The notes: generated from the letters alone by a model not told the origin. Shown: positions 19,760 through 29,771, counted from the first letter of the stretch. The stretch is 64,000 nucleotides of DNA from Thermoplasmata archaeon (GCA_022749815.1 JAKIWV010000005.1:23315-87314), one strand, 5' to 3'. Numbers and translations: made by a program.

Positions 19760-21058
19760 ATGCCCGCCACCCCCGAGCCCGACACACAGCTGGCCCGGTA
19801 CACCTTCAAACGGAAGATGGACGAGATCGGGGCCGCCCGCGGTCGCGCGACCGAGTTGATATCCCTCTTCGTCCCCCCCGGGAAGCAACTCTCAGACGTC
19901 ATGGCGTACCTTCGCAATGAGTACGCGCAAAGCTCGAACATCAAGAGCCGGACGACCCGGAAGAACGTCATGTGGGCGATCGAATCGCTCATGGGCCGGG
20001 TACGGCAGTTCAAGGAGGCCCCTAAGAAGGGAGTGGCGTTCTTTGTGGGCAGCAAAGCGGTGGGCGCCGACAAATCCGTGCCCGTGACCTTCATTGTGGA
20101 GCCCCCGGAGCCCCTCAACACCTACCTCTACCGCTGCGACTCGACCTTCTTCCTCGACCCGCTCCTGGAGATGATCCATGAGCCCGAGCTCTGGGGCCTT
20201 ATCGTTCTCGATCGGGCGGAAGTCACGCTCGGGTTCCTGCGGGGCAAGCGGGTCGAAGCGGTTCGGAACAAACAGTCCCAGGTTCCGTCGAAGCACGGGC
20301 GGGGAGGTCAGTCCCAGCACCGGTTCGAGCGGCTGATCGAGCACGCGGCGCACGACTTCTTCGTCCGCGTGGGCGAAATGTCGAACGAGCTGTTCCTCCC
20401 GAAGAAGGACTCACTCAAAGGCATCTTGGTCGGTGGCCCGGGCGCGACGAAGGACTTCTTTGTGAAGGAAGGGTTCCTGCACTACGAGCTCCAGCAGAAG
20501 GTGGTCCAGCCGCTCTTCGATACGGGCTACACCGACGAGTATGGTCTCAAGGAGCTGGTCGAGAGGGCCACCCAGACCCTGCACGGTCTGGAGATCCACG
20601 ACGAGAAGCGGCTGGTGCAGCGGTTCCTGAACGAGGTTAGAAAATCCGAGGCCGGCCTCGCCGCCTATGGAGAATCGGAGGTGCTCGGGGCCCTCGAGGC
20701 TGGCGCCGTGGATACCCTGCTCGTCTCCGAGGGCCTTCGCAAGAAGAGGGTCCATTTCCGTTGCAGTTCCTGCGGACACGAGTTCACCCGCACCCTGCCC
20801 GATGCCGAGGTCGACAAGGTTGCCTCCGCTCCGTGTCCGAAATGCGGGGGGTCGCCGCCGGAAATCGTCTCGGAAGAGGACTACGTCGAGCAGCTGTTCC
20901 GCAAGGCGGAGGGATCGGGAGCCAGCGTCCGGCTGGTCTCGACGGAGAGCGAGGAGGGCGAGATGCTCTCCAAGGCGTTCGCCGGCGTCGCTGCCATCCT
21001 GCGCTACCCGATGCCCCGCGGCTCGACGGCCCGTCCATCGGCCCCGGCGCCTGGATAA
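19760..21058 (+). CDS. prf1: peptide chain release factor aRF1
   Basis: NIKS, YRCD, GGQS motifs. Confidence 0.97.
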   Translation: MPATPEPDTQLARYTFKRKMDEIGAARGRATELISLFVPPGKQLSDVMAYLRNEYAQSSNIKSRTTRKNVMWAIESLMGRVRQFKEAPKKGVAFFVGSKAVGADKSVPVTFIVEPPEPLNTYLYRCDSTFFLDPLLEMIHEPELWGLIVLDRAEVTLGFLRGKRVEAVRNKQSQVPSKHGRGGQSQHRFERLIEHAAHDFFVRVGEMSNELFLPKKDSLKGILVGGPGATKDFFVKEGFLHYELQQKVVQPLFDTGYTDEYGLKELVERATQTLHGLEIHDEKRLVQRFLNEVRKSEAGLAAYGESEVLGALEAGAVDTLLVSEGLRKKRVHFRCSSCGHEFTRTLPDAEVDKVASAPCPKCGGSPPEIVSEEDYVEQLFRKAEGSGASVRLVSTESEEGEMLSKAFAGVAAILRYPMPRGSTARPSAPAPG

Positions 21059-21185
21059 TTCCTCCCGGCTCGCATCGACGCCCTGACCCCCTTGGGCGCT
21101 CCTCAGGCGAGCGCTGCAGCCGAAGACGTGAGGAAGGAGAACAGGGGGAAGGGGTTGGCGAAGAAGCTGGTCCCTTTCTTCAGGC

Positions 21186-21710
21186 CTAGCTGCCTGTGAC
21201 CGTTGCGGAAATGCTTGTCACAGTCCCCGGGCTGGCGGTTGCCGCACCCATGTCGAAGAAGACATTCAGCGTGACCGCGCCAGTGTAAGTGACCGACTGC
21301 GCGACGGTGAACGATTGGTCGGCAGCGTTCGCCCCGCCCACTACGTACCAGTGGAAGGTGTCACTGTTAGTTGCCACTTCGGTCGCAGTGAGCTGGAACT
21401 CTTCATACCAGTGGGTCGCCCCGCCCGTGGCGCAAGCCAAGGAGCCGGCGAGGTAGACGTTGGCGGCGGTCCCTGTGTACGAAAGGGCGCACGAAGCCAC
21501 CGGCGACGCCGCCTGAACAAGGGCGACCGAAGCCCCCGCGCTCCAGATCGTGCTGCCCCCAGTGAACGTGCCGGTGTTTTGGCCCGAACTCGTGCCACCA
21601 AAAAGTGTGAACGTGCCCGGGAATGCGGCGAGGGCGAACCCACCCGCCATCGCAAGCACCGCCACGATCGTTCCGATGTAGACACTTCTCCGACGCATGT
21701 TGAGTCGCAT
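21186..21710 (-). CDS. secreted/surface beta-rich protein, possibly a filament subunit
   Basis: RRR plus hydrophobic signal ending GGFALAAF; Thr/Gly/Ala-rich mature part with two Cys; AGGAG SD. Confidence 0.75.
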   Translation of the reverse strand: MRLNMRRRSVYIGTIVAVLAMAGGFALAAFPGTFTLFGGTSSGQNTGTFTGGSTIWSAGASVALVQAASPVASCALSYTGTAANVYLAGSLACATGGATHWYEEFQLTATEVATNSDTFHWYVVGGANAADQSFTVAQSVTYTGAVTLNVFFDMGAATASPGTVTSISATVTGS

Positions 21711-22293
21711 ATCTCTCCTGAACACCGAACCGCGCCCGGTGCGCATCCATACACATCATTGTAGGGGTATAAAAATCTGCATGCCTACGAGAACCCCCCC
21801 CGTAGCCGAGGGAACGCCCTCCGTCGACCCCGTCCAAGGACTCTGCGATGTCGTGCTCCGCCGGGTCGACACTCTGGCACGGGAGCCCGGCTGTCGCCCG
21901 ATTCCGGGGGTTGGGGGGGGCCGCGAGAGGAAGCATGTCTGGGGGGTAACTCTCCAGATCCCACGCCGAAGGCGCGGTAAGCACACGCTCGGGCCGGAAA
22001 CCCCTGGCCGCCTTTAGGCACCACGAGCTTCCACAAGCCTCCGGGCGGCGCGCCAGCATGGATGCACCTGGGAGGCAATAGGTCAGCCCAACCGGCCCGG
22101 GACAGCGACAGAACCCGGGCCGCTCAATTCGACATATGGGCTCTGGGCCCCCGCATTGCGCCGGATATAGTTAGGCAACCATAATGCGAAACTCCTACTG
22201 GGCTCGGAGCGCGGGGAAGGGCGAAGGTCTGTTGCAATCGAGGCGACTTCTGCGCGGGCGACGACCCGGCCACAATCGATTTGCTCCGGGCCG

Positions 22294-23061
22294 ATGCGGG
22301 GGGATCGAAGGTTGATTAAGGCGAAAACGTCGCTCGGAGCCTACTGGCGCGAGCTGAAAGCGCGAACAATCGTCCCATGGAGACTTGGGCGGGATTTTCA
22401 CCGCACCTACCGGGTCGAACCTCTGCCCGGAGCAAGAGCGCGGCGACGTCTCGTCGACAAGGCGGTTCGCGAGTGCGGTCTCGGCGAGCGATACAGCGTT
22501 GGCCCGTGGTTGAATGAGGTGCTCTACAACTTCACCCGGATTGCCCGGCCGGATGTCATCGTCGAGACGGGGGTTCATTACGGTATTTCGAGCGCCTATT
22601 GGCTGATGGCCCTCGAGGCTAACCAGAAGGGAACCCTGTACTCCATCGACCTCCCGTGTCTGACGCCCGAAGGACAGGTCAACGCCGACGGCGTTCGGGA
22701 CTTGAGCTATGTTACGGGGGTCGACCAGACCGGGGTCGTAGTGAAGCGGATGGGGCTCACGGCACGCTGGAAGCTGCTTCTCGGCGATGCGAGGACCCTT
22801 TTGCCGGGCCTCCTCGCCGACCTGGGGCGGGTCGGTTTCTTCTACCATGACTCGGATCATTCGTACGAGCATCAATCATGGGAGTATCGTACCGCATGGC
22901 CCTACATCGCGGCCGGCGGGTGGCTGATGTCCGATGATGTCCAATGGACCCCGGCCTTCACCGAATTCTCCCAGGGAGTGGGTCAGGCCCCCAAGACATG
23001 GCTGAATCAGCTGGGGGTACTTCAGAAAGGGACGCTGGTTCCTTCGCTCCGGTCAGCCTAG
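22294..23061 (+). CDS. class I SAM-dependent methyltransferase (Methyltransf_24-like)
   Basis: VETGVHYGISS, LYSIDLP, FYHDSDHSY, GGWLMSDD. Confidence 0.88.
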   Translation: MRGDRRLIKAKTSLGAYWRELKARTIVPWRLGRDFHRTYRVEPLPGARARRRLVDKAVRECGLGERYSVGPWLNEVLYNFTRIARPDVIVETGVHYGISSAYWLMALEANQKGTLYSIDLPCLTPEGQVNADGVRDLSYVTGVDQTGVVVKRMGLTARWKLLLGDARTLLPGLLADLGRVGFFYHDSDHSYEHQSWEYRTAWPYIAAGGWLMSDDVQWTPAFTEFSQGVGQAPKTWLNQLGVLQKGTLVPSLRSA

Positions 23062-23169
23062 CTTCCTGCCCCGTCCAGAGTCCCGACGAAGCTGAGAGCC
23101 AATGCGAGTGCATGGAAGTCCCGCCGTGCCAGCGAGCCCGCCGATGACCGCAGGCGCGGTGCATCCAGC

Positions 23170-24156
23170 CTAGAGATCAAGGCGGGCCGGGCGCCGTTTT
23201 CGAACCGTCGCCACCGCGGCGAGGATCGCCACCACGGCCAGGGCCCCTGCCGAGGTCTCCAGCGTGGCGGGAGTGAAGACCCACGCGAGGGCCTTGAACG
23301 CCGAGGGGTTGAGAGTGATCCAGGGGTCGTATTCCAGGGAAGAGTACCCGCCCGTCACCGATCCGAAGTCCAGTCGGACGAACGACTGACTGGTCCAGCG
23401 GGACTGGTTCTGGTCGGCCTCGATCACGCTCAGGCCAGAGGTACCGTCGGAGTAGCTCACGCGGGCGCCGGTGCCCCACTGAAATGTCGCAATGGTCGTG
23501 CTACCAGAGACCTCGGCGATGGAGGTCAACGAGGTCGGCTTCCAGAGCGCTCCGTTTTGGCTGGCGCTAGAGTTCACCTGCAGCCCGATATAGTCCGCCC
23601 GGTGGCTCCAGGGCCACCCCGTCACCGAGAGGGTATACGCCACGGTCCGCGCCGAGATGCTCGAAGAGGAGTTGATGTAGAATTGGATGGTCGCATGGGT
23701 CATCCCGACGTTCCCCGTACCATTCTCGTTCGCGTCGTCTCCCTCCTCCCAGTCTCCGTGGGCCCGCGCCACGGACAGGTTCGACGCCATGGCGACGGCG
23801 ATGCCGTTGGCCGTCGGGCGCGACTGGAAGCTCCACGCGACACTCGGAGAGGCGAATGAGGCCAGCGCAACGACGATGCCCGTGCTGTTGACCTCGGCGA
23901 GGCCCGACAAGGTCTGGCCCATGCTGACTCGCGAATCGGCGAGGGACTGGACCGTGAAGACCGGACCGGGCCCGAGGAAGTCGATTTTGAGCAGCCCGTT
24001 CGACCACGAAGGGTTCGAGGGCGTTGGAAGAGCCTGGGAGACAACGCCGCCGGGAGCCGACGCGCCCTCGCCGAGTGGCAGGATCCCCACGAGAAGGACG
24101 CCGACCAGAACGGAAAAGGCTACCACCCCGGCTCGGGCAGGCCCGGATCCCGGCAT
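23170..24156 (-). CDS. secreted beta-rich protein with C-terminal membrane anchor
   Basis: N-terminal signal, Ser/Thr-rich beta strands, L.YDP motif, C-terminal TM plus basic tail. Confidence 0.8.
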   Translation of the reverse strand: MPGSGPARAGVVAFSVLVGVLLVGILPLGEGASAPGGVVSQALPTPSNPSWSNGLLKIDFLGPGPVFTVQSLADSRVSMGQTLSGLAEVNSTGIVVALASFASPSVAWSFQSRPTANGIAVAMASNLSVARAHGDWEEGDDANENGTGNVGMTHATIQFYINSSSSISARTVAYTLSVTGWPWSHRADYIGLQVNSSASQNGALWKPTSLTSIAEVSGSTTIATFQWGTGARVSYSDGTSGLSVIEADQNQSRWTSQSFVRLDFGSVTGGYSSLEYDPWITLNPSAFKALAWVFTPATLETSAGALAVVAILAAVATVRKRRPARLDL

Positions 24157-24192
24157 ACGGGACCTGCATTCGGACCTTTGGGATACCTCCCT

Positions 24193-24222
24193 TTTGGCGC
24201 AAGCTCCGTAACCCTTGGTGCG
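24193..24222 (-). promoter_or_regulatory. tandem operator-like site CGCACCAAG-N12-TGCGCCAAA
   Basis: 21-bp-spaced repeat; second unit starts 45 nt before ATG 24156; matches the site at 25125-25154. Confidence 0.6.
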
Positions 24223-24260
24223 ATGGACGTATATCGCTGAGACCAGCGGTTGGGGTCCCG

Positions 24261-24782
24261 TCATTGCAGGAGAGGGGCCCAGGCTCGTACGAACCTGTCG
24301 ACAAGCCGATCTTCAAAGGAATCGTGGTATTCCTTCAGGAGTTCAGCGACCCGCTGGGGGCGGAGCGCCTTGTAGCGGCGGAGATTCCCGTCCCGGAGCG
24401 CCTCGACTTGTCCCTGGGCGAGGAGGAACCTCAAGTGAAAAGAGGTAGTCGAAAGGCTGATCCCGGCCCGTTCCCGAAGCTCCGCGAGCGTCAGCCCGGG
24501 TGACTCGCTCAGCAACAGCAGGAGACGTCGGGCGGTTTCGCTCCGGAGCGTTAGGAACAGCTTCCGGTCCTCCCAGGTCATGTCCGGTCGGAAGTAGTAG
24601 TCGCGACGACCTCCGCGCTCTCGGCGCACCAGGTTCCCCTTCGTGAGCTGCTCCAGATGGTAGGCGGTCTCCCCCCAGGCGAGGCCGACGAGTCGCTGGA
24701 TGTCCCGCGCGCTCGCTCCAGGATGTCCGCAAACGGCGTCGTAGATCCGTCGTCGGGTGGGCTGCCCGAGGAGGTCGTTCAT
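24261..24782 (-). CDS. double winged-helix transcriptional regulator (ArsR-like, archaeal)
   Basis: Two tandem wHTH units (RRRIY...PG....I......G...YHL; PGLT..EL...S.ST.SFHL); DRF...W C-terminus. Confidence 0.88.
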   Translation of the reverse strand: MNDLLGQPTRRRIYDAVCGHPGASARDIQRLVGLAWGETAYHLEQLTKGNLVRRERGGRRDYYFRPDMTWEDRKLFLTLRSETARRLLLLLSESPGLTLAELRERAGISLSTTSFHLRFLLAQGQVEALRDGNLRRYKALRPQRVAELLKEYHDSFEDRLVDRFVRAWAPLLQ

Positions 24783-24783
24783 G

Positions 24784-25074
24784 CTATGGTGACGGGGCCT
24801 TTGGCCGACCGCGTATCAACGCCACATACAGCAGCGCCACGGCCGCGACCGCCAGGGCCAGTGGGACGGGCGCGACTTCGAAGGGGCCCCCGTAGAGCGG
24901 GGAGACCTCGTGAAGGAATGCCAACACACCGATCCCGGCGAGAAATGCCAGGCCCCCCGCCACCAGCCCCAGCCGGGAATCCCCGAACCGGCGGGACGCC
25001 GCCGCCCCAATCGTCGCGAGGATCGCGGACAGGCCGGTCAGCAGTATGGCGATGAACTCGGTGAGTAACTCCAT
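24784..25074 (-). CDS. small 3-TM membrane protein coupled to the regulator
   Basis: Three hydrophobic segments; stop is 1 nt before the regulator ATG. Confidence 0.8.
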   Translation of the reverse strand: MELLTEFIAILLTGLSAILATIGAAASRRFGDSRLGLVAGGLAFLAGIGVLAFLHEVSPLYGGPFEVAPVPLALAVAAVALLYVALIRGRPKAPSP

Positions 25075-25124
25075 GACGCTAGACCAACCCGCTGGACTAA
25101 GTGACTTTGCTTTTTTTCGGGCAT

Positions 25125-25154
25125 TGCACCAAATCGTCCGTATGCTGCACCAAA
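25125..25154 (+). promoter_or_regulatory. tandem operator-like site TGCACCAAA-N12-TGCACCAAA
   Basis: Perfect 9-bp direct repeat at 21-bp spacing; second unit starts 45 nt before ATG 25191. Confidence 0.65.
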
Positions 25155-25190
25155 AGGAGGGTCAACCCCGCGCCCCCTTGAGGGAAGCCA

Positions 25191-25478
25191 ATGACAGGAC
25201 CTTCGCGGCCCCGGGCCCACTTCAGCCCCCCTGGGTGGAGCGGAACCGCGCAGGCCCTGTCGTTCTCAGGGCACGGGGAGTTCGGGTCTCCTCGATTCGC
25301 CTCTCTAATTCCTGACGCGGACGCGACTCCCCCGATTGCCGCCCTGGGGGCGGGATACGGACCGGCGATCCAGCTCGCGATCCCGGATGACGGATCGATC
25401 GGGCGTGAAGTGGAACTGTTCGACTGGCCCATGTGGACGTTTCCGCGCTCCTGGCCCGCCTGGTTAGCGGAGGAGTAG
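25191..25478 (+). CDS. hypothetical protein (95 aa)
   Basis: ATG at the same 45-nt distance from the tandem motif as the gene at 24156. Confidence 0.5.
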   Translation: MTGPSRPRAHFSPPGWSGTAQALSFSGHGEFGSPRFASLIPDADATPPIAALGAGYGPAIQLAIPDDGSIGREVELFDWPMWTFPRSWPAWLAEE

Positions 25479-25582
25479 GCCAGCCGCTCACCCACTCCCA
25501 CTTTGGGAGAGGAACGGGCGACCGCCCGCAGACTCGATAATCTTACGCCGTCCCGGACGCTCGCCCCGCATCGGGGTAGACC

Positions 25583-26047
25583 ATGAAGTGGGTAACTCGA
25601 GAGAAAGCAAGGGTTGACCGAATCGCCTGTCCGTGGTTGATACGGAAGTTCATCGACCCGGGCGCGGAGTTTCTCTATGTTCCGAAGGAGAGGGTCAGGG
25701 ACGTGGCCCGGAAGGAGGGAGCCATCCCATTCGACACTCCGGGGGCAGAGCTGCACCATTTCGAAGCGGACGGAAAGGAGTACGTAAGCTTCGACGCGGT
25801 GATCAAGAAATACGATCTGCAGGACGCTGCCCTTATGGAACTCGCGAAGATCGTGCGCGTAGCCGACGGTGGCGCCGGTGCTGAACCGGAGGCCGCTGGC
25901 CTAGAGGCTGCGGCTACGGGCTTCCGTCTGATCGCCCGCGACGACCTCGAGAACCAACGGCTTCAGTTCCCTCTGTACGACGCATTGTACGCCTATTGTT
26001 CATGGAAGGTCACCCAGGGAGGCAGGCTCGAGCCCACGGGCGGGTGA
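25583..26047 (+). CDS. chromate resistance protein ChrB C-terminal domain
   Basis: MKWVTRE...VDRIACPWLIRKFIDP.AEF, SFD, LYDALY. Confidence 0.92.
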   Translation: MKWVTREKARVDRIACPWLIRKFIDPGAEFLYVPKERVRDVARKEGAIPFDTPGAELHHFEADGKEYVSFDAVIKKYDLQDAALMELAKIVRVADGGAGAEPEAAGLEAAATGFRLIARDDLENQRLQFPLYDALYAYCSWKVTQGGRLEPTGG

Positions 26048-26179
26048 GGCTATTCCGGAGCCACCTCGGTGCCTTTCCGACCGATTCGGCGCCATCCTCG
26101 ACGCGTTAGCAGTTTCGCGCGCTCGGCTGGTGGCTCGGGCGTGAATGTAGGCGTCCCGACGCCTCCGGGTTCCTCGTCG

Positions 26180-27418
26180 ATGCAAAGGGACCAGGTCCTC
26201 TTGATGGGGGCCCGAACCGCCCGAGGGTTCGGGGCCGGCGCCCTTTCGATCGTCATTGCGCTCGACCTGGCTGGAACCGGTTACTCGACGCTTGCGATCG
26301 GGCTGCTCCTCGGCCTCGCCCTTGGCGGAGGCGCTTCATGGGCCCTGGCGGTACCATACCTCGAACGCTACTGGCGACGCCGATCGGTGTTCGCCCTGTC
26401 GGCCGGGGCGCTTGCACTGGGGGGTCTTCTGCTTTGGATCGATCTAGCAAACCCAGGATTCCTCCTCGTAGCGTTGCTGCTCGGGGGCATCGTTGCGAGT
26501 TCGGCCGATGTGAGTCCTCTCGGCGCACTTGAGCAGGCCGCCCTCGCCGGCACCACGGGGGACCGGGGACGGACCCGGACGTACGCGGTCTACAATCTGC
26601 TGGGCTACGTCGGCGCGGCGGTGGGGGCGCTCGCCGCCGGGCCTCTGAACGGGTCGAGAGCTCTAAGCATCGCCGGGTTGCCCTCGGTCCCGCACGATGC
26701 CACCCTTCTCCTCTACGCCCTGCTTGGCCTCGGACTGATTCCGGCATACCGCGGACTCTCGCGCGACGTGGACCGCCAGGCCGGGCGGGAGCGACCGGCG
26801 CTCCTTTCGGCGCCGAGCCGATCGATCGTGTACGCCCTGTCGGAGCTGTTCGCGGTCGATGCCTTCGCAGGCGGACTCATCGTGAACAGCCTCCTGGTAT
26901 ACTACTTCTCGATCCGGTTTCACCCGGCCGTCGATTTGTTGGGGGTGGTGTTCTTCTTGAGCAATCTGATGGCCGGAGTCTCCCTGCTCCTCGCCGTGCC
27001 CCTCGCCCGACGGTTCGGTCTCGTGAATACCATGGTGTTCACTCATCTCCCCTCCAACGTTCTCCTCATTGTGGTCGTCTTCGCCCCCTCTTTCGCGCTG
27101 GCTTCTTTGCTGTGGGTCGCGCGAGCGACGCTCTCGCAGATGGACGTTCCTACCCGCCAATCCTACACCCAGGCCGTCGTTTGGCCCGGAGACCGCGCCG
27201 CCGCGGCGGGCTACACGACGGCGGCGCGGAGTTGTCAGGCCTTTGGGGCCCCCGTTACGGGAGGCTTCCTTGCCCTCGGCGGACCCTGGGTCGCGGCCCC
27301 GTTCGCTCTTGCGGGTAGCCTGAAGATCGCGTATGACCTGGCGATCTACCGCCGCTTCCGTCGGCTCCGCCCACCGGAGGAGAGCGGAGACGAGGCGCAG
27401 TCGGACTCCAACGATTGA
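26180..27418 (+). CDS. MFS transporter
   Basis: About 12 TMs; ARGFG, EQAAL, GLVNTMVFTHLPSN, SQMDVPTRQSY. Confidence 0.9.
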   Translation: MQRDQVLLMGARTARGFGAGALSIVIALDLAGTGYSTLAIGLLLGLALGGGASWALAVPYLERYWRRRSVFALSAGALALGGLLLWIDLANPGFLLVALLLGGIVASSADVSPLGALEQAALAGTTGDRGRTRTYAVYNLLGYVGAAVGALAAGPLNGSRALSIAGLPSVPHDATLLLYALLGLGLIPAYRGLSRDVDRQAGRERPALLSAPSRSIVYALSELFAVDAFAGGLIVNSLLVYYFSIRFHPAVDLLGVVFFLSNLMAGVSLLLAVPLARRFGLVNTMVFTHLPSNVLLIVVVFAPSFALASLLWVARATLSQMDVPTRQSYTQAVVWPGDRAAAAGYTTAARSCQAFGAPVTGGFLALGGPWVAAPFALAGSLKIAYDLAIYRRFRRLRPPEESGDEAQSDSND

Positions 27419-27556
27419 ACCGGTTCGGAACTGGGTGGGTCCCATAGTTGGTCCGGACATTGGGCAGGGGGAAGAGCTCGGAGAATGCGGGAGCGGATGG
27501 CACTCCCCCGACATGCCTCAATGAGCACAGGTCTTGTACCGTCTTCGGGCCTTCGT

Positions 27557-28585
27557 GTCCCACTATTCCCCTATTGTATGGTATCGCGTCCGGCCGATCC
27601 CCGGATTTCCTCGGTAGTTGCCGTCCAAACGAAGGGCCTCGAGAAGGATCGCCGAGTTCCGAGGTGGGACTGAATCGCCCGATGGAGTCGCATCACGCTC
27701 GGAAGGGCGGTCCGTCGGATCCGCTTCTTGGTGAACTCCCCGAACCACCGGTCGACCAGGTTTGGATGCGTCGCCTCCGCGGGCAGGAAGTGTAGGTAAA
27801 ATCTCGGATGTCGCACGAGCCACCGGTGAACCGTGGGCGAGCTGGGCGCTAGGAGCCGATCCAGCACCAGATGCAGATCAAATCCTTTCGGTGTCTCGCG
27901 GTCGACGGCCTGTAGGAAGGAGAGAAAACGGGCCCCTCGGTCCGGTTCTCCCAGTTCCGCGATCGCGTCGCGTTCCCTCTGGTCAAGGGACGCAGCCCGG
28001 GCCTTGTCGTCCACACAGAAGGCCATCGCCCTCTCGGGGGGGTTCAAATAAAGCCCGACAAAGTCGGTCACCCGGTCCACGAAGCCGGATCCGGGAACTG
28101 CCGGGGAATTGCCGGCCCCTCGGGGCCGGATCCGTCGAGTCTGCCAGACGCGATGCACCGTGGTCTTGCTGACACCCATCGCCCGTGCGAGACTCCGCGT
28201 CGTCCAGGATGTCCCGTCGGGCGCCTTGCGCTCCAATGTGGCCCGGACGAGTGCTTGGATCGAAGAGGCGGGAATCGCCGGCGGCCTCCCCGGCCGAGGG
28301 GCCTCCTTCTTGACCCCAGGAATCCGTTGGGCGAGGAACCTCTGGCGCCACCGGGCCACGGTACCCGGGTCCGTGTGCAGCTCGTTCGCGATGTCGCGAT
28401 TGCGGACGCCCTCGGATGCACGTAGTACGATCCGGGACCGGAACGCCGTCGGGGACCGAGCCGGTCCACTCCGGGAGAGGGAGACCAACGTTCGCCTTTC
28501 TTCTCGAGAGAGCCGAATCTCGGGCGCCGTCCGCATGGCGACCTCTCTTACCGGCCCTCATCATAAAGTGTTGTATTAATGGGAC
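27557..28585 (-). mobile_element. degenerate IS630-family element (ORF 27571-28536, eroded TIRs)
   Basis: IS630 HTH and GLYLNPPE.A..FCVD, PRF.LHF.P, N.V.RWF, PFVWT motifs; 9/11 inverted ends GTCCCACTATT (27557) and ATTAATGGGAC (28575). Confidence 0.8.
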
Positions 28586-28808
28586 GGGGGAAATCGGACC
28601 GAACGCTTATGAGCCGACCTCGCCCAGTCTCGTCGGTGCGGAGCTCCCGTCATCGGTCTCGGCAGGGTGGAACGGACGTCCGCGAACCTCCGCGAGTTCT
28701 CGTCGCTTCGGAGGGGAGCGCGTTCGAGCGCTCGGAGAAGCTCCCTCGTGCCGCGTTCTCGGAGATTTTGGACCGAGCGGCGGCTCGAGTGCAGGAGGTT
28801 CTCGCGTC

Positions 28809-29771
28809 GTGGACCCCCTGACCGCGATCTGGCTGGCCATCGTAGCCCTTGGGGCCGCGCTGGTCAATGGGGCCGTCGGGTACGGCTTCTCCTCGATCAT
28901 CACCCCGATTGCGATCCTCTGGTACTCGAACAAGGTCCTGAACCCGGCGCTCGTCATCGTGGAGGTAGCGGTAAACCTCGTCCTCCTAACCCGCGAGCGG
29001 AGGCTCATTCGCCTCACTTGGCCACGCGCACGCCCAGTAATACAGACCATCCTTCCCGGAATTCTCCTTGGAACGGCGGGGCTTGCCTACCTCGCAGTGA
29101 ACGACGTGAAATTGGTGGTCTATGCCACCTTGCTCCCCCTCGTCGCTCTCCAGCTCCTGGGTTTCATGTGGCCGGTCCAGAATGAGAAACGGGCCGGGGC
29201 CGCTATCGGCCCCGGTATCGGCTTCCTGTACGCCCTCACGACCATTTCGGGACCCCCCCTCGCGCTGTTCTTGAGGAATCAGGGCCTCTCAAAGAACGAG
29301 TTTCGGTGCGCCATCGCCCAGATCCGTGTCGCCGAGTCGACGCTCACCCTCGGCACATACCTGGCCTTCGACCATTTCCTCAACTCGGGGCTGGTCAGCT
29401 TTCCCGCGTTGAGCCTCCTCCCATTCCTGTTTGTACCCGTGCTGATCGGAGTCCCGTTGGGAACCCTCCTTTTGCGATCGGTTTCTCCCGAGTTTTTCCG
29501 TCGCTTCGTGATGGCGATCGACGGGGTACTCGTCTCCTACGGTCTCAGCCGAGTCCTGGTCGCTTTGAAGTGGTTTTCCAACACCGCAAGCGAGTATCTC
29601 GTCGCGACCCTCCTTGCACTGATCGGACTGATGGCTTGGCTCGCCCTTCGAGGGTTGCCGGTACTGGCGCCAAGCGAGTGGCGCTCGGGCGCCCCAGGAC
29701 ACCCCGCTGGATCTTCACCGGCGGATTCCTCCGTCCCGGTGCCCGATTCCCCACCGGACTCGCCCCCCTAG
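28809..29771 (+). CDS. sulfite exporter TauE/SafE family permease
   Basis: NGAVGYGFS, ISGPPL repeats; about 8-9 TMs. Confidence 0.88.
   Translation: MDPLTAIWLAIVALGAALVNGAVGYGFSSIITPIAILWYSNKVLNPALVIVEVAVNLVLLTRERRLIRLTWPRARPVIQTILPGILLGTAGLAYLAVNDVKLVVYATLLPLVALQLLGFMWPVQNEKRAGAAIGPGIGFLYALTTISGPPLALFLRNQGLSKNEFRCAIAQIRVAESTLTLGTYLAFDHFLNSGLVSFPALSLLPFLFVPVLIGVPLGTLLLRSVSPEFFRRFVMAIDGVLVSYGLSRVLVALKWFSNTASEYLVATLLALIGLMAWLALRGLPVLAPSEWRSGAPGHPAGSSPADSSVPVPDSPPDSPP

Noticed and set aside
20755-20860. Zinc ribbon inside aRF1
   Set aside because: A common feature of archaeal aRF1 domain 3
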